From contig CP068257.2 in assembly GCA_009914755.4 (NCBI GenBank), forward strand, positions 25,920,001 to 25,984,000: a stretch of 64,000 nt of DNA, written 5' to 3'. A model generated the notes under the pieces. It had not been told where the DNA came from, did no database searches, and saw nothing but the letters and a program-made list of their open reading frames with translations. Source of the DNA: the human T2T-CHM13v2.0 reference genome, Homo sapiens. Shown piece after piece: positions 1 to 13,265 of this stretch (the stretch's first letter is position 1; each line of letters begins with the position of its first letter). A program made the position numbers and the translations under genes.

Positions 1-127
1 CTTGTGCCTCAGCCTCCTGAGTAGCTGGGATTACAGGCGCTGGTCTCAAATTCCTGACCTCAAGTGATCCGCCCGCCTCAGACTCCCAAAGTGCCGGGAT
101 TACAGGCATGAGCCACTGTGCCCTGCC
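1..127 (-). mobile_element. Alu SINE fragment (antisense, internally deleted, cut by window start)
   Basis: Reverse-complement Alu motifs 'cctcagcctcctgagtagctgggattacaggcgc' and 'ctcccaaagtgccgggattacaggcatgagccac' read directly; the middle ~100 bp of the Alu consensus is missing. Confidence 0.8.
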
Positions 128-984
128 AAGGGTAGAGAGAAATTCGACGTGGAGAAACAGCCTTAGGGTTTGTTGGCTGGTTTCGTTTTGTTTCAGATAG
201 GAGACAAGTGAGCATGTTTATACACTAAACATGTTTATACATATTTTTATACACTAAGCATGTTTATACAAATGTTTATACACTAGTGAAGAAGGACTTT
301 TTAATGCCCTAAAGTTCTAAGAAACCTCAAGAAGAGGCTAATAACTCATGCATTTCTTCATTTTGGACCAAGACACTGGTACCAGCCATATAGACAGCAG
401 TAGGAATCATTCAGGGGATACAAAGGTATGTAAGGTATAGATATTTCACTCAAAGAACTTTCTCTGCAATGGAGAAAACAAACACATAAGCAGTATATTA
501 CAGAGCAGTAGAAGGACTGTTAGGTTAAAACATACAGAAACATCTGGAAGAAATGACTACACTGGCCAGATGTGGTCTAAGAATGTTGTTTAGAGTAGGC
601 TATACCTGACCTGAATATTAAAAGACAATATAAATTATTCAGCAAAAATAAATAAGGATAAGGTTAATAAGAAAATGATAAAGTAAGTTTAGTAGCTTTT
701 GCAAAAGCAGGAAGGCAAAAGGATAGCATAGAACAATACTGTTAAGAAGATGTGCTTATTCTTTAGTTAGAATGAATTGCTTCTTTTATTTTCTCACACA
801 CTAAATTAGTTTAGTTTGACTGAATTAGTTTAACTAAAGTGTGTGTGGGGGGGATTTAATAACTACACATTTGCAATAATTTTGCAATAACTATTTGCTG
901 CAGTGCAAAACATCACTAATAAGATCTATATTGATTTGGGGTCCAGAGCATTTAGTTACAGGAATATCATAAAGGCTACCAATA

Positions 985-1500
985 TGTTAGTTTCCTACTG
1001 TACACATTGCAGCAAGTTTAGTGGCTTAATACAAATTTTTCTTATAAGTGTGAAAGTTAGAAGTCTGAAATGGACCTCATTGTTTTAAAAATTGAGGAAT
1101 CAATAGGACGGTGTTTCTTTCTGGATCTTCTAGGACAGAAATGATTTCCTTGACTTTTCCAGCTTCTTGAGGCTGCCCACATTCCTTGGCTCATAGAGGT
1201 CTTCCATCGCCAAAGCCAACAACGGCCTTTCAAGTCTTCCACTTGTTGCATCACTCTGATACTGAATCTTCTGTCTCCCTCCAAATTTAAGAAACTTTCT
1301 GATTATATTGGGACTATGTGGGTAATCCCGGATAATTTCTCCATATTAAGGTTGCTAGCATAGTCACAGATTCCAGAGACTGAGAGGTGAACATCTTCGG
1401 GAAGCCGTTATTCTGCCCATCAAAGTATGTGCTCTGGTCCTGAAGATTCAAATTCAATCTACATGCAAAATACATCCACCTGTCTCATCATCCCCAAGAG
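985..1500 (+). mobile_element. Old interspersed repeat, family B (motifs 'tttcctactg..cagcaagtttagtggcttaa..agaagtctgaaatgg..ccttgacttttccagcttct..ggctgcccacattccttggct'); family name not asserted
   Basis: Matches a widespread mammalian repeat consensus I recognise by motif; a second diverged copy sits at 32030-32645 in the same orientation. Confidence 0.45.
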
Positions 1501-2562
1501 TCTCAGTACCTTACAGAATCAACTCGAAGTTCCAAACATCTTTTACTTCTTATCAACTCTACTATATGGAGAAGATTTTTGGAAGTAAAGGATGTGTGAA
1601 ATTATTTGTATATTTTAATTATTTAATTGCATGTATTTGATAACAATTTAAATGACAACAATTTTGGTCAATGTAAAAGAAATGTTTAGTTTAAGTCTCA
1701 AAACTGATGTTACGAACATTGTTATGTTCATAAATGAGGGTAACAGACTAAAAATAGCGAGTACACTCTATTAGTATCTCCTGTGGACATTAGTATCTCA
1801 TGTGGATCAATTGGGAAATCATTATTCCTACAATAAATTTTCAGAAATAAATCTGAAAATAAATCATGAGTTGTATCACATCATCAGTGTGCACATTTAT
1901 GGAAATGTAATAGAATGGCCATAGAATATAGGTTATGCTTATAGAATTCTACTCCAGGAACTGGAAAATTTACAGCTGCCTAAACTTATCACTGAACTCA
2001 AGAAATAACCCCTTCAGATATTTTCCATGAAGCTTTACTCAGAGTTTACCACAGGGCTTAAAAGACTACTGAAACTACACTTGGAGGCCTTAATATTTTT
2101 GAAAGAAGGAACATTTTATAACCAGAAAATTAAAAATAATATTATTAAATTTGTGATCAATCTATAGACATTTACTTATGGCAGAAGGGTTGCTTGGGAA
2201 AATGATTTATCTTCCATCATCGCATATTAATAAGAAACCAGAAAATAGCTTCCTTCTGCCAATCTTGACTGCTAATGATAATTACAATAATTTGTCTGGT
2301 CCCAGTTGTGGGAGGAACGCCATGATTTCTTGTAACTCTCTGTGCAATGTCATCAGCTCTCTTAAAAACCCTGAAACTTGTGTGCTATTTCACTTTTCAC
2401 ATTCTTTTCCTTACCCAAAATTACTATAGCAGAGCTAGGTTTCGACCTCCAGTTTTTCTAATTCAAAATCCTATACATTTTTTTTCACTTGTCTCAACTT
2501 GAAAAAAACAGCAATGGTAGATGTTTTCCAGGGAAACTGGCATTTGTAGATATTGCAGCCAA

Positions 2563-2580
2563 TTTGTGTGTGTGTGTGTG
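2563..2580. repeat. (TG)n microsatellite
   Basis: tgtgtgtgtgtgtgtgtg. Confidence 0.9.
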
Positions 2581-5500
2581 ATGTTACATGTCCATTCACA
2601 AGTGGACACAGTTCATGTTTTCACTCAGATGCCCATCTTTAACTCTTTATCCAACTTCAATTGCCTTGCCTGTCTCTTTACATTTTAATTGATCAGTAAA
2701 TACAACCAATTCTGATTTTGAAAATTGCCTCAGCCTTTTCAGGTCTTCATTTCCTCTGTTATAGAGGAATATCATAGAGGTAAAGTGCTAGTTTCCTAAC
2801 AACATATTAAAGCTACATACAGTCAACATGACTTGTTGATATTGACCTTGGTCACCTAGTTAAGGTGGTGTTAGGTTTTTCCACTGTAAATTTACTATTT
2901 TTCAACTCTTTCCATATTGCACCCTTTGGAAGAAAGTCACTATTAACAGCTCATACTGAAGAAGTGAGTTGTTTTGATTATTTGGTATTCTTCTACAAGG
3001 CAGATTTGTTTCTTCTCTACTACCTATTCAATTGTGTATTGATATCTGTATGGACTCAGACATTGATTTTATAATTTGGACCATAATCCAATGCTACTTT
3101 GTTTGCTTTGTTGCCCAAATTGTTCTAGCTATGGACACTTGGAGCTTTTTCAGTTTGTTCCTCGGACCCTTTGACATGCCCCCATCATTGTGGGTTTTCT
3201 TTTCTTCCTTTTTTTTTTAGGACTTTCTGGCATTATAAGATATAGCCCTAGATTCAACTTGCATATTTCATCTATTTTTAAGTTATTAAATAGCATTTAC
3301 TTTGTGATCCCATTTGGGGAAATACATGGAATTCAGATGCATGTATTATAATATGGAATAATATCAAACATTAATAGTGGTTATGCTATCTCCGGGTAAT
3401 CGTACTATTAGTGATTTAGTTTTTCTCTTTATGAATCTTTATTTTTATTATGACATATTACTTGTGTTAGAAATCAATAATATTGGATGATCAGAAAGGA
3501 AATAAAAATATTCTGAAGGCAATAATAACTTATTTATAAATCAGTGAAGCCTGTGTCTCTAGACTGACAGGACATGAGGCAATTTTAGAGTGGCAGGTGC
3601 CCTCTACTGGTCAGCTGCTCAAACCCTCTATAGACTAAGAGCTGCATCCTTAAAAACAAAAGCCCACCATTTTCTTAGCACTGATATCTCAGGAGGTAAA
3701 AAAGTACTTGGGCTTTTGCTAGAGATTACATAGCTACATATCTGAGGGGTCACTACGTGAACTTAAAAATTGACTCCTATAAATGTGAAGTCTGTACTGT
3801 GGATTGTGAATTAGAAATGGATATGTGTGAGAACAGGCCTAGAAAAATATCACACATGCTGACTTGCCAATGTTGGACCTCTTGAGTCTAATCTACAAAA
3901 AAATCTCCTTGGATGAGAATATTTTGTTCATGACCTCTCTGCTGAGAATGTGACCATGTCTGCTACAGAGCTTAAATAAATAATGCTGAGACTATTCATT
4001 ACAAAGCTCCCAAGGAGAAAAAAAAAGCAATTTATTTTATGTACTACCTTAATTAAGTTTAAACTGCCTAGTGTGAATTTTTGATGAAGAACAAAGATAT
4101 AATAAGTGATTTTGCCTAGGGAAGCTCATGTGCTGAGTCAATACTTATTGAGCACAGTTCTCTTTTATATTAGATGCTGCTCTAAGAAGCTGCGTGCAAT
4201 ACAGCATCAGATGTTGCAGAGCTCTGCATATGGGGGGCTTGCACTTGTGAGCAGAAACAAACAATAGGCAATAAACTTGATAAATGAGTAAATGACTTGA
4301 TTGGTAGCAGGCATAAAGAAAACCACAGTGTATTAAGGGCCACTGGGAGGAGTAGGGGTGGAGATGCAGCCAGCTTGCTGTACTAAGAGAAGAGACAGAG
4401 TAGGCCTCTTTAAGAAGGTGATGTTTGAGCAAACTAGCAATACATAAACAAATAAACCTTAAAATTCTTTTTTTTAAATTCTGAGAGTCATCTTTTATAT
4501 AACAAACTGTAGTTATTTCTAATTCCTCCTAGGATAAAATGAAAAAAATTTAAGGAGGCCTCCAGGGCTTTGTAGATTCCAGCCTCAGCTTGGTTCTCCA
4601 GCCCATTTTTAACTAGCCCCTCTTTTTGTTTACTCTGTTTCAAGCATATTGATTTTTGTTTGTTTGTTTTACTTATTTTCTTTAATGACCAAAGCCATTC
4701 CCAACTCTGAATCTAAACACCTTTTTCCTCTGCCGGGATTCTGCCCTTGCCACCATTCCTACCCTTTAACTCTCAATTGAAATACCATTACCTCAATAAA
4801 ACCTTTTCCGGGTCACACCAACCATCTCAAACTAACAACTCCCTGAATTTCACCTTCCAATGTTACCATGGTTATATTTAAATTCCTACGTAGTGAATTT
4901 TGTCTTCTCCCAGCCTCTAGCCACACTCTACTCCTGGACCGGAAGCATTTTGAGATCAGGGGCTTCATCTTGACTGTCTTCCCAGCACTTCGTATGGTAG
5001 CTCATAGTAGTCGCTTAATGGATATTTGTTGAACAAATGAGTCAAACTTTTTGTTTAGTTCCCTGCTGCCCCATATGGATAACCTTGATTATCTGAACAT
5101 TTAGGGGAAATCTCATGGAGGCACCCTTTTATAGTACAGAATTTCCCTCATGCCTTCTTTGCTACGAGGTAAATTTAAATCATGGGTGCAAGGAGTCAGA
5201 CATGACAGAGGCAGAGATTCTTGATTCAACAAGTATGTATGTCTATTTTCTCTTAGAAGCTCAAACTTTTGTATGTTCCACACTTTATATCACGCACAAT
5301 GATGGAATTATGGGAAAGTGAAACATCGTAGTTTTGATTATAGTGGTGATTAATTTGGCACCGGTCTCAAAGCCGAAAAGAGAAAGGGGGAGAAGAATGG
5401 GGAGAGTCCCTGAACAGCTGATCTATGCTGCCAAAAGACGCAGCTTCTCAAATTACTTGGAGGAGCCAGAGATCCCTTAAATAAAAGGAGAGGTGTCTAG

Positions 5501-5767
5501 GTTTGTGCATTTAAAGAGACATATTCCTTTAAAGCAAATTTTTCAGCGCTGACTACACATTAGAATCACTAGGAAAGATTTTATGAATACAGGATATACA
5601 AGTCATACCCTAGGTCAATTATATCAGAATCCCTAGGGCCAAGACCTAGGTATTGATGGTTTTTAAAAATTTCTCAGGTGTTTCTAATATACAACCAAGG
5701 TTGAGGATTACTGATTTAGATAAAAGCAATTTACTCTGTTAATATGCAAATATCTCTAGATGAGGAT

Positions 5768-5785
5768 ATATATATATATATGTAA
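5768..5785. repeat. (TA)n microsatellite
   Basis: atatatatatatatat run. Confidence 0.85.
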
Positions 5786-6923
5786 ACAGTTTAAATATAA
5801 TACACGTAATACTTATAAATAAATTAAATAGAAATTAAATAAAATGAAATATCAGATTCTTTCTAGTTTACCTGGTCAGTAAGAAAATGTTTTTGATGAG
5901 GCTAGACAGGGCGCTAGTGGGGGAGAGAAAGTTCTGGAGCACTCTTTCTCAATTGGGTAGTGAATGGCTGGGAAGGATTAGGAAAAGTTCTAGGATATTA
6001 GTAATCTAAAAGAAAACAGGGCAGAGTATGGAGGGGATGTGGACAGAAAAACCTGAAGTTAGAGATGACCATGTATATTTCAACATTCCACAAGTATATC
6101 TAGGTACGTACTGAATCCCAAAGAGAATGGGGCTCTCAAAGTCCACGGGCTGGAGAAAAAAATTTTTGTCCCCAAAGGGTCTGAGAGAGAGCAGGGAGTA
6201 AAATTGTATAAAAATCTGTTTGGGAGAAGAAGTCATTGGGGCCATGATCATAAAGCTAGAAACAAAGACCTTCAATTTATGTAATAATTAACAGCAGTGA
6301 CACTGTGCCTGTAAAGTAAATAGAATTGGATGCAACACACACACAAGATGGTGAAGCTTGTTTTGAGAAATCTATGCCTCACTGAATTTTATATTCTTGA
6401 AAGACATTTTCATCAGTTTAGATACTTGACTTCATCAACTGATTGACTTTCACTTAAATGTTACTCTTAATGCAGACTCTAACCAAAAATTATGACCATG
6501 TGGACTTAATTAAGTCTAAAGTGTTTAAAAATTATTTCAGACTCGAATCATCTACTATATTGTTCATACCAGTAATTATAATTAGGCAGGAAATTTAAGA
6601 AGACTATTGGAATATGAGAAGCAAGGAAGGTAACGTCTCCCTTATATAAAATAAATAAACTTGGATTTGAGATTCCCTAACTGTGGACATAGCTAGTCAT
6701 TTTGATAGAACAAGTTCCAGTTCTGCCACACTGGCATTCTTGGTAAGTACCACATATATAGCTTTTAATTTTGAACAAATACTCTGGTAGATAACAGTTG
6801 CTTCTCATGCCAGTTCAATTGAATTAGACCCAACTTGGCTTCATAGGTGCAACTGAGGATTAAGGATGGCAAGATCTCTCTGACATCCTCTGTTATTTAA
6901 TGTTGCCTAAGAAAGGAACATGG

Positions 6924-7218
6924 GGCCAGGTGTGGTGGCTCACACCTGTAATCCTAGCACTTTGGGAGGCTGAGGCAGGCAGATTGCCTGAGCTCCAGAG
7001 TTCGAGACCAGCCTGGCCAACATGACGAAACCTCGTCTCTACTAAAAATACAAAAAATTAGCTGGGCATGGTGGCAGGCGCCTGTAATCCCAGCTACTCA
7101 GGAGGCTGAGTCAGGAGCATAGCTTGAACCCGGGAGGCGGAGGTTGCAGTGAGATGGTGCGGCTGACCTCCAGCCTGGGCAGCAGAGAAAGACTCTGTCA
7201 AAAAAGAAAAAAAAGAAA
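6924..7218 (+). mobile_element. Alu SINE (sense), full-length with A-rich tail
   Basis: Starts 'ggccaggtgtggtggctcacacctgtaatcc', has the middle A-rich linker, ends '...ctccagcctgggcagcagagaaagactctgtcaaaaaagaaaaaaaag'. Confidence 0.95.
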
Positions 7219-7934
7219 GGTACATGGCAAGCCTACATACCAGGTGTATTTTCCAATAGTATTTCTAACTTGAGGCAGCTGAGCTCACATTGCACATAAC
7301 AAAATTATGAAAATGACAAAATGGAAGCTGAACTCAGAGACATCAGGAAACAGATACTTAAATATTATCAGACCTTACTCTCCATCCCATATCTGCCTCT
7401 CACTTGCTATCAACTTGACCATTTTCACCTGTGGCTTCAGAGGATAATGATAATATTTACTTAATTTAATGTCTCCTATTACAATTGGGTCAGATGTTTT
7501 ATGCACTTAAAAACTTACTGGCATCCATTTCATGCAATAAATTTAACACCAGATTGCCACTCAAAAGAAAGTATCAATTAAGCTGGAATATGTCAGCATT
7601 GGCAATACACAGATCAAACAAAAACACAAAATAATTTGGCTTACACTCTCTGCCTGTTAAAGTAACCAATGAAACTATTTTCCTGGGGAAGCTTTTCAAA
7701 GTATTTAGCCTGTCACAAACTGGCCCTTTGAAACTGTATTCCCAAAGACAAGTTGTAGAACCCAGACGGTCATTGAGAATTGTTGAGCCTGGAGGGTGAG
7801 AATTTGTGTCCACCACAGTCGAGAATCAGAAAGGAGGATAAGATGAGGAGAGAGAAGAAAACAATAGGTAAAGTCTGTGTAGTATGGAGGTGTGTTTCCA
7901 GAGGATATTGAAGAGCAAAGGAAACACAGGGATG

Positions 7935-8400
7935 GATGCTGGAGGCCACTACTATGGACTGAATGTGTCTCCCCAAAATTCATATGTCGAAATCCTAATG
8001 TACAATGTAATAGTAATTTGAGATGGGCCTTTGGGAGGAATTTGATCATGAGAGGAGATTCCTTATGATGAGATAAGTGCCCTTATTTTTTTAAAAAGGA
8101 CAGAAAACAGCTTGCTTCTTCTTCTCTGCCTCTCTCTCTCTGTTTCTCTCTCTCTCTCTGTTTCTCTCTCTCTGTTTCTCTCTCTCTCTCTGTTTCTCTC
8201 TCTCTCTCTGTTTCTCTCTCTCTCTCACTCTCTCTCATTCTCTCTCTGTCCCACATGAGAAGACAGTGGGAAGATAGCCACCTATGGAGTGGAGGAGTAC
8301 CCTCACCAAAACTGATCTCAGATGAGACTGGAACCCTGATCTCAAACTGCCATCATCCAGAGCTATGAGAAATGTTTGCTGTCGAAGTCACCTCGTCTAG
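7935..8400 (+). mobile_element. Old interspersed repeat, family A (motifs 'ccccaaaattcatatgt.gaaa.cctaat...gggcctttgggagg...tgagaaatgtttgctgt.gaagtcacc'), split by an expanded internal CT-rich minisatellite; family name not asserted
   Basis: Recognisable consensus motifs on both sides of the 8117-8232 tandem repeat; related copies at 9990-10180 and 55805-56165. Confidence 0.5.
8117..8232. repeat. (TCTCTCTCTCTGTT)n-like CT-rich minisatellite
   Basis: Repeated 'ctgtttctctctctctct' units seen directly. Confidence 0.9.
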
Positions 8401-9989
8401 GGTAATGTGTTATAACAACCCAAGCTGATGAAGAAAGCCACTGTCTGATTAGATGGGTCTCTCCTAAGGAATTGGTTTCTTGTTAGGTAATGTACCCTGG
8501 TATCAAGATTTGGAAAACAGTGTAAATATTAATTCAAAGTAATTATTTGAGCTGTGCTGGTAACTAGACCTACTAGAGTAATTCTGGCTCAAATAGTTCT
8601 TGTGATATGCCCTGCTTATTCTTATAAGGATTGAGAAGTTGACTAAAATTTGTCCATTATTTATTACCAGTGAACTCTGGTATTTCCTGAGGGTATTTTC
8701 TCAAACCTACTCGTTCCTTCCAGGCCTCTGCCACTTGCTCAATGTAGTATCCCAGCTCTCTGTCACTTTCCATGCCTCACCTCATGACGCTGCTTGCTAG
8801 TTCAGCCTCCCTCCTGGCATGGGCCAGACAGCAGCATATTCTCCTTACCTGCTGTCATGAAAGCTGTAATAACTGCAATGCCCAGTGCAAAGCTACCTAA
8901 ACCCAGGAAGAATCTGGCCTCCCCACTTACTTTCAAGGTGGGACTAGGTAACACAGTCCAGAAATGTTGAGGATTTCAGACCATTAGGGTATATTCGGCC
9001 ACTGAGAGTCAGGAGAAATTGAGGAGCCAACAAATTATGTCTTCACATTTACTCACTCTCTCCCCCACAGGATCACTGTGGAGAAGGTGTTTTCATTGGC
9101 CTCTGCACAGGCACCCTGCATCACTCATTAGTCAGTCGAGCTTCCTGGGGCCAGCTCAGTAGCATGCCAACTTGTATGTGATTTTCTTCCCCTCAACCTT
9201 AATGACCTGGTACTGCACCCATTCCTAAAGTATTAGCACACAAGCTTTCCTTTAGGCTCTGTTGGTTAGGGGCTCTTTGACTCATTACCCCTTCTACCCC
9301 AGCTCACATACACTGTTGCCCTGCCAAATAACATGTTTATTTCAGTGATGTCAGCAGGAACAGACATTCATGTCCAACTGTGTTGATTCCTTCTTTTAGT
9401 CTATCTTGGAAGTAGCGAAGAATTTCTGCTCTGGGGCCTCTCTTTCAACTGAGGACACACATCAAGACACAGCTGTTGCACCAGAAGCTGTAATTCTGCA
9501 GGCCTGCCAACTGGCACATTCCATCATATAACAAGAATTCTTGGGATGTGGAATCCAAAACACTGGCCAGAGACATAGCTTAATATCACTACAGTGGTGT
9601 GGGATGGAGTAAATATTAGTACTTGTTTTATTTTTTCTGGTAAGTAGAAAATTGGAAATGGTACCCTCTTATAGTTTCTTGCCAAAGATGGATGTTGGCT
9701 TTCCACAAAAGTGTAGAGCTACACAAGCCTTAGGATTCTGTTAAATTAATTCTAAATATCTGAGAAGAAAATTACTAATAATGTGTCATGAATTAGTGAC
9801 TCCCAAGAATTGAAGTCCACAAGAACCTCAGAATGTGATTCTATTTGGGAAAATGATCTTTTCAGATGCAAGTAATTAAGATCTTCAGATGAAATCATAA
9901 TTCTGAACTTAGTATGGGTTCTAACTACAAAGACTGATGCCTTTATAAGAAGAGGAAAAAACACAGAGACATAGAGGTGAAGGTCACCT

Positions 9990-10180
9990 GAAGATAAAGA
10001 CAGAAATTGGAGTTATGCTCCCACGAGCCAAGGAAGGTTAGGGGCCCCCAGAGGTACAAGAAGAAAGGAAGTATTCTCTCCTTCCTTTGGAAAGAGTGTG
10101 GCCCTGGCTATATTTTGATTTTGGACTTCTAACCCCTAGAACTGTGAGAAAATACATTTCTGTTTGTTTTTAAATCAGTT
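9990..10180 (+). mobile_element. Fragment (3' part) of repeat family A
   Basis: '...ctggctatattttgattttggacttctaacccctagaactgtgagaaaatacatttctgtttgttttt' matches the 3' portion of the family seen at 55805-56165. Confidence 0.35.
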
Positions 10181-10187
10181 TGTTGTA

Positions 10188-10269
10188 TTAGGTTGGTGCA
10201 AAAGTAATTGTATTTTTTACCATTACTTTTAATGGCAACAATCGTTAATTACTTTCACACCAACCTAAT
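10188..10269. mobile_element. MADE1 (mariner-derived MITE, Hsmar1 family), 82-bp palindromic element flanked by a TA target-site duplication
   Basis: 'ttaggttggtgcaaaagtaattg....caattactttcacaccaacctaa' terminal inverted repeats; TA immediately on both sides (10186-10187 and 10270-10271). Confidence 0.85.
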
Positions 10270-12479
10270 ACATTGTTAAGGCAGACCAAAGTATTAGAGA
10301 GACCCCAAAATCAGCAGCAGAAAATGTCAGCGGTCTAAGAGAATGAAGTGAGGAGTGAGAACATACACACGGAATAGGCACGAATGGCAAAAATCTTGAT
10401 GCTAAGTCGTGTTTTTGGATGTTGCATTACAAATACAATGAGCCCTTATCAATTAAATGATGGGCTTTCTGGTACTATTGAATGACATCAGTTTCTTTTA
10501 CTTGGGTATATTAACTTCCTTAACTCTACATGAAAAAGTCTTTGCATATCTAGAATATTTCATCAGGGAGTCAAATTGTCTCCTGGATATAAACATCAAC
10601 AAACCAAAACAAGCTTACACAAGTGGAAAGCTTGACATTGTTGAAGAATGAGTGACAGAACCTCAAATGTTTGAATAATGTTTCATTCACAGCTGTTGTG
10701 GCTTCTATCTAGTTGGCAAAACATGTAAGTCTAGCCATGAGCTACCTACCCCAGTCTGAGAAAATTATTTTAACATCTAATGGCCCTTGTCATGTAACTC
10801 CTCAAGGTTATACATTTTTCCATTGATTTTACCATGGAACCTAGAGTTATCAAGAAGTTAAGAAGGGAAATAGATATAAATCCACTTATCTTTAATTAAA
10901 ATTTTTCCTAAAAATTTTTGATATAGGCTTTTTGTAACAAACTGCCTTTAAGTAGGTTTTTCACAACAAAAGTCTACTCATATTCATTATAATGTTTATT
11001 ATGAGCTCTATGTTATTGCCTTAATGACAGTTTCTTGATAACGGAGAATTTTCAAATTAGGTAATTTTCAGAATTAGTTGTGTCACTTTTATATGGAAGC
11101 ACACTTGTTTGTAAATAGTTACCTTCACTCAATTAAAAGGACCATTTGAGTTCATTTCAAACTAACTGAAATGATGATATATTTAGCAGGAGTTTATTGA
11201 TCAAATGCATGGACATTACAGTTCTTACTTGACTTTAATGGCAAATTTCAACTTTTGCAGAATGGGGTTACTTTGCTTTGGTAAACTTTTCTGATCAGAG
11301 AACATTGGTTTGAATCTCATGGTATTTTTCAGCAGTTAGGCTATGCCCACCTCTGGGAAAATGTACCAGTTTTTTTCATACAGCTCATTAAAAATATAAA
11401 TTTAAAAAGCATGTGTGTTTGGGTACTTTCCAGGGATTGAGTATAAATGCATAGTTTTCTAACAATTGAAATAAATAAACAAGGGACAATAGACACAGGA
11501 GTACTAACCAAGCCGCTCCTTAGTAGTGTGACAATATTTCTCTTTTCCTCTTTCTTAGTCTCCAAGTAATTCTAACACATTATCTTTCTAACGCTCACTC
11601 CTAGAGTCATGGGACTTCTCCAGTCATGGGTCATTATTTCAAAGATGAGATAATTCTTCAGGAATGACTTCCAAAGTGGTTTTGCCTCAATGAGTACTCT
11701 GTTGAATCATTAACATAAGGCTAAGCATTTTAAATTTTATGTCTCATGAATTCCACAATGAGAAAGTAAAGGAGAAATTACTTATTGTCAAAAGGAATGA
11801 GATTTTGACTATAATAATTATCTTCTCAAGACAAGAGAATAGAATATAAAATTTACATTTTAATAAAAGAAGACAGATACAGAATATAAAGAAATGTTTT
11901 ATAAATAAGATTTTAGTAAGAATTTATATTTTAATTATATTTTAAGAGAAAAGTAAGATTAAATAACTGGTGATTGTAAATCTGTCTCTTAAATCAGTGT
12001 TCCTCAATTATTTTATCTAAAAATGGATATCAAACTTATATTAACAACTTAATTTTACATCCAATAGGGAAACATACAATTTAAACTTTTTTACAGTAAT
12101 TTTAAAGATAAATATATAAACGGGCTTTGGCACTAATTATTTAAATGAAATAGCTGTTCTCTGAATCTAACTGCATTGAACATTTTCAAAGCCACAGTAT
12201 ATATTTTAATTTACTGCATGTAAAATTCACCCAGTCAAAAAATAAAATCCTCAGTTCTCTTACTCAGGCAGCTCATGCTATAGGAGAGTCACAGAAGTTA
12301 AAATAAGTATAACGGTTTCACAAAAGATGTAGGGTATAGAATAAAAGAAAAGCCTTACAGATGGGAACTGAAATATGAAAAGGAGTTTCTAGGTGGAAAA
12401 GGAAATAAATGAAGGTCAAAACAAAAGAATAAAATATGCAAAGGCCTGGAATCATAAAACAGTATAGATCATTCTGGAA

Positions 12480-13195
12480 AGGCAAGAAAGAGAGAGGTGG
12501 AGACAGCGATAGAATAGAGACAGAGATGGAGATGAAGATGGAGATGGGAGTAGAGGTGGAGGTAGAAGGAGAGGGAGTGGTAGAGCTAGAGATAGAGATA
12601 TAAATGGAAATGAAGATGGGGTAGATAGAGGAAGAGGTAGAGGTAGGGATAGAGATGGAGATGGAGACAGAGATAGAAATAGAGAAATAGGTAGAGACAG
12701 AGTTAGATAGAGGAAAAGTAGAGGTAGATTGAGAAAGAGGTAGAGGTAGAGAAAGAAATAGCATTAGCAATAGAGATGGAGATAGAAACAGACATGCAGA
12801 TGGAGAGAGAGATAGAGGTAGAGGTTGAGGTACAGGTAGAGGTAGAAAAAGGAAGAGGAACAGATAGAGATAGAGACGACAGAGATTGAGGTAGAGGTAG
12901 AGACAAGTAGAGGTAGAGTAGAGACAGATAGAGGTAGAGGTAGGGATAGGGATAGGGATAGAGATGGAGATAGACGTAGAGACTGAAGTAGAATAGAGAT
13001 AGGTAGAGGTAGAGTAGGGGCAGAGGAAGAGGTAGAGGTAGGGATAGAGATAGAGATAAGAGATAAAAATATATAGAGATAGAGATAGAAGTCGAGATTG
13101 AGGTAGAGGTAGACAGAAATAGAGACAGAGTTAGAGATAAAGGTAAGGATAGACAGTAAGAGAAAAAAAGAGACAACACAGAGACAGAGAGAATT
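12480..13195. repeat. Long polypurine tract, degenerate (GGTAGA/GAGATA/GGAGAT)n (purines on the + strand), ~715 bp
   Basis: Continuous 'gagatagagacagagatggagatgaagatggagatgggagtagaggtggaggtagaagg...' with almost no C on the + strand; explains the 150-192-aa minus-strand low-complexity ORFs. Confidence 0.95.
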
Positions 13196-13265
13196 TCCAT
13201 GTGTGTGCTCACATGAGTGCATGCACACATGTGCGCAAGTGTATGTGTGTGTCTATGTGTGTTTG
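13196..13265. repeat. (TG/CA)-rich alternating purine-pyrimidine tract next to the polypurine block
   Basis: 'catgtgtgtgctcacatgagtgcatgcacacatgtgcgcaagtgtatgtgtgtgtctatgtgtgt'. Confidence 0.7.
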
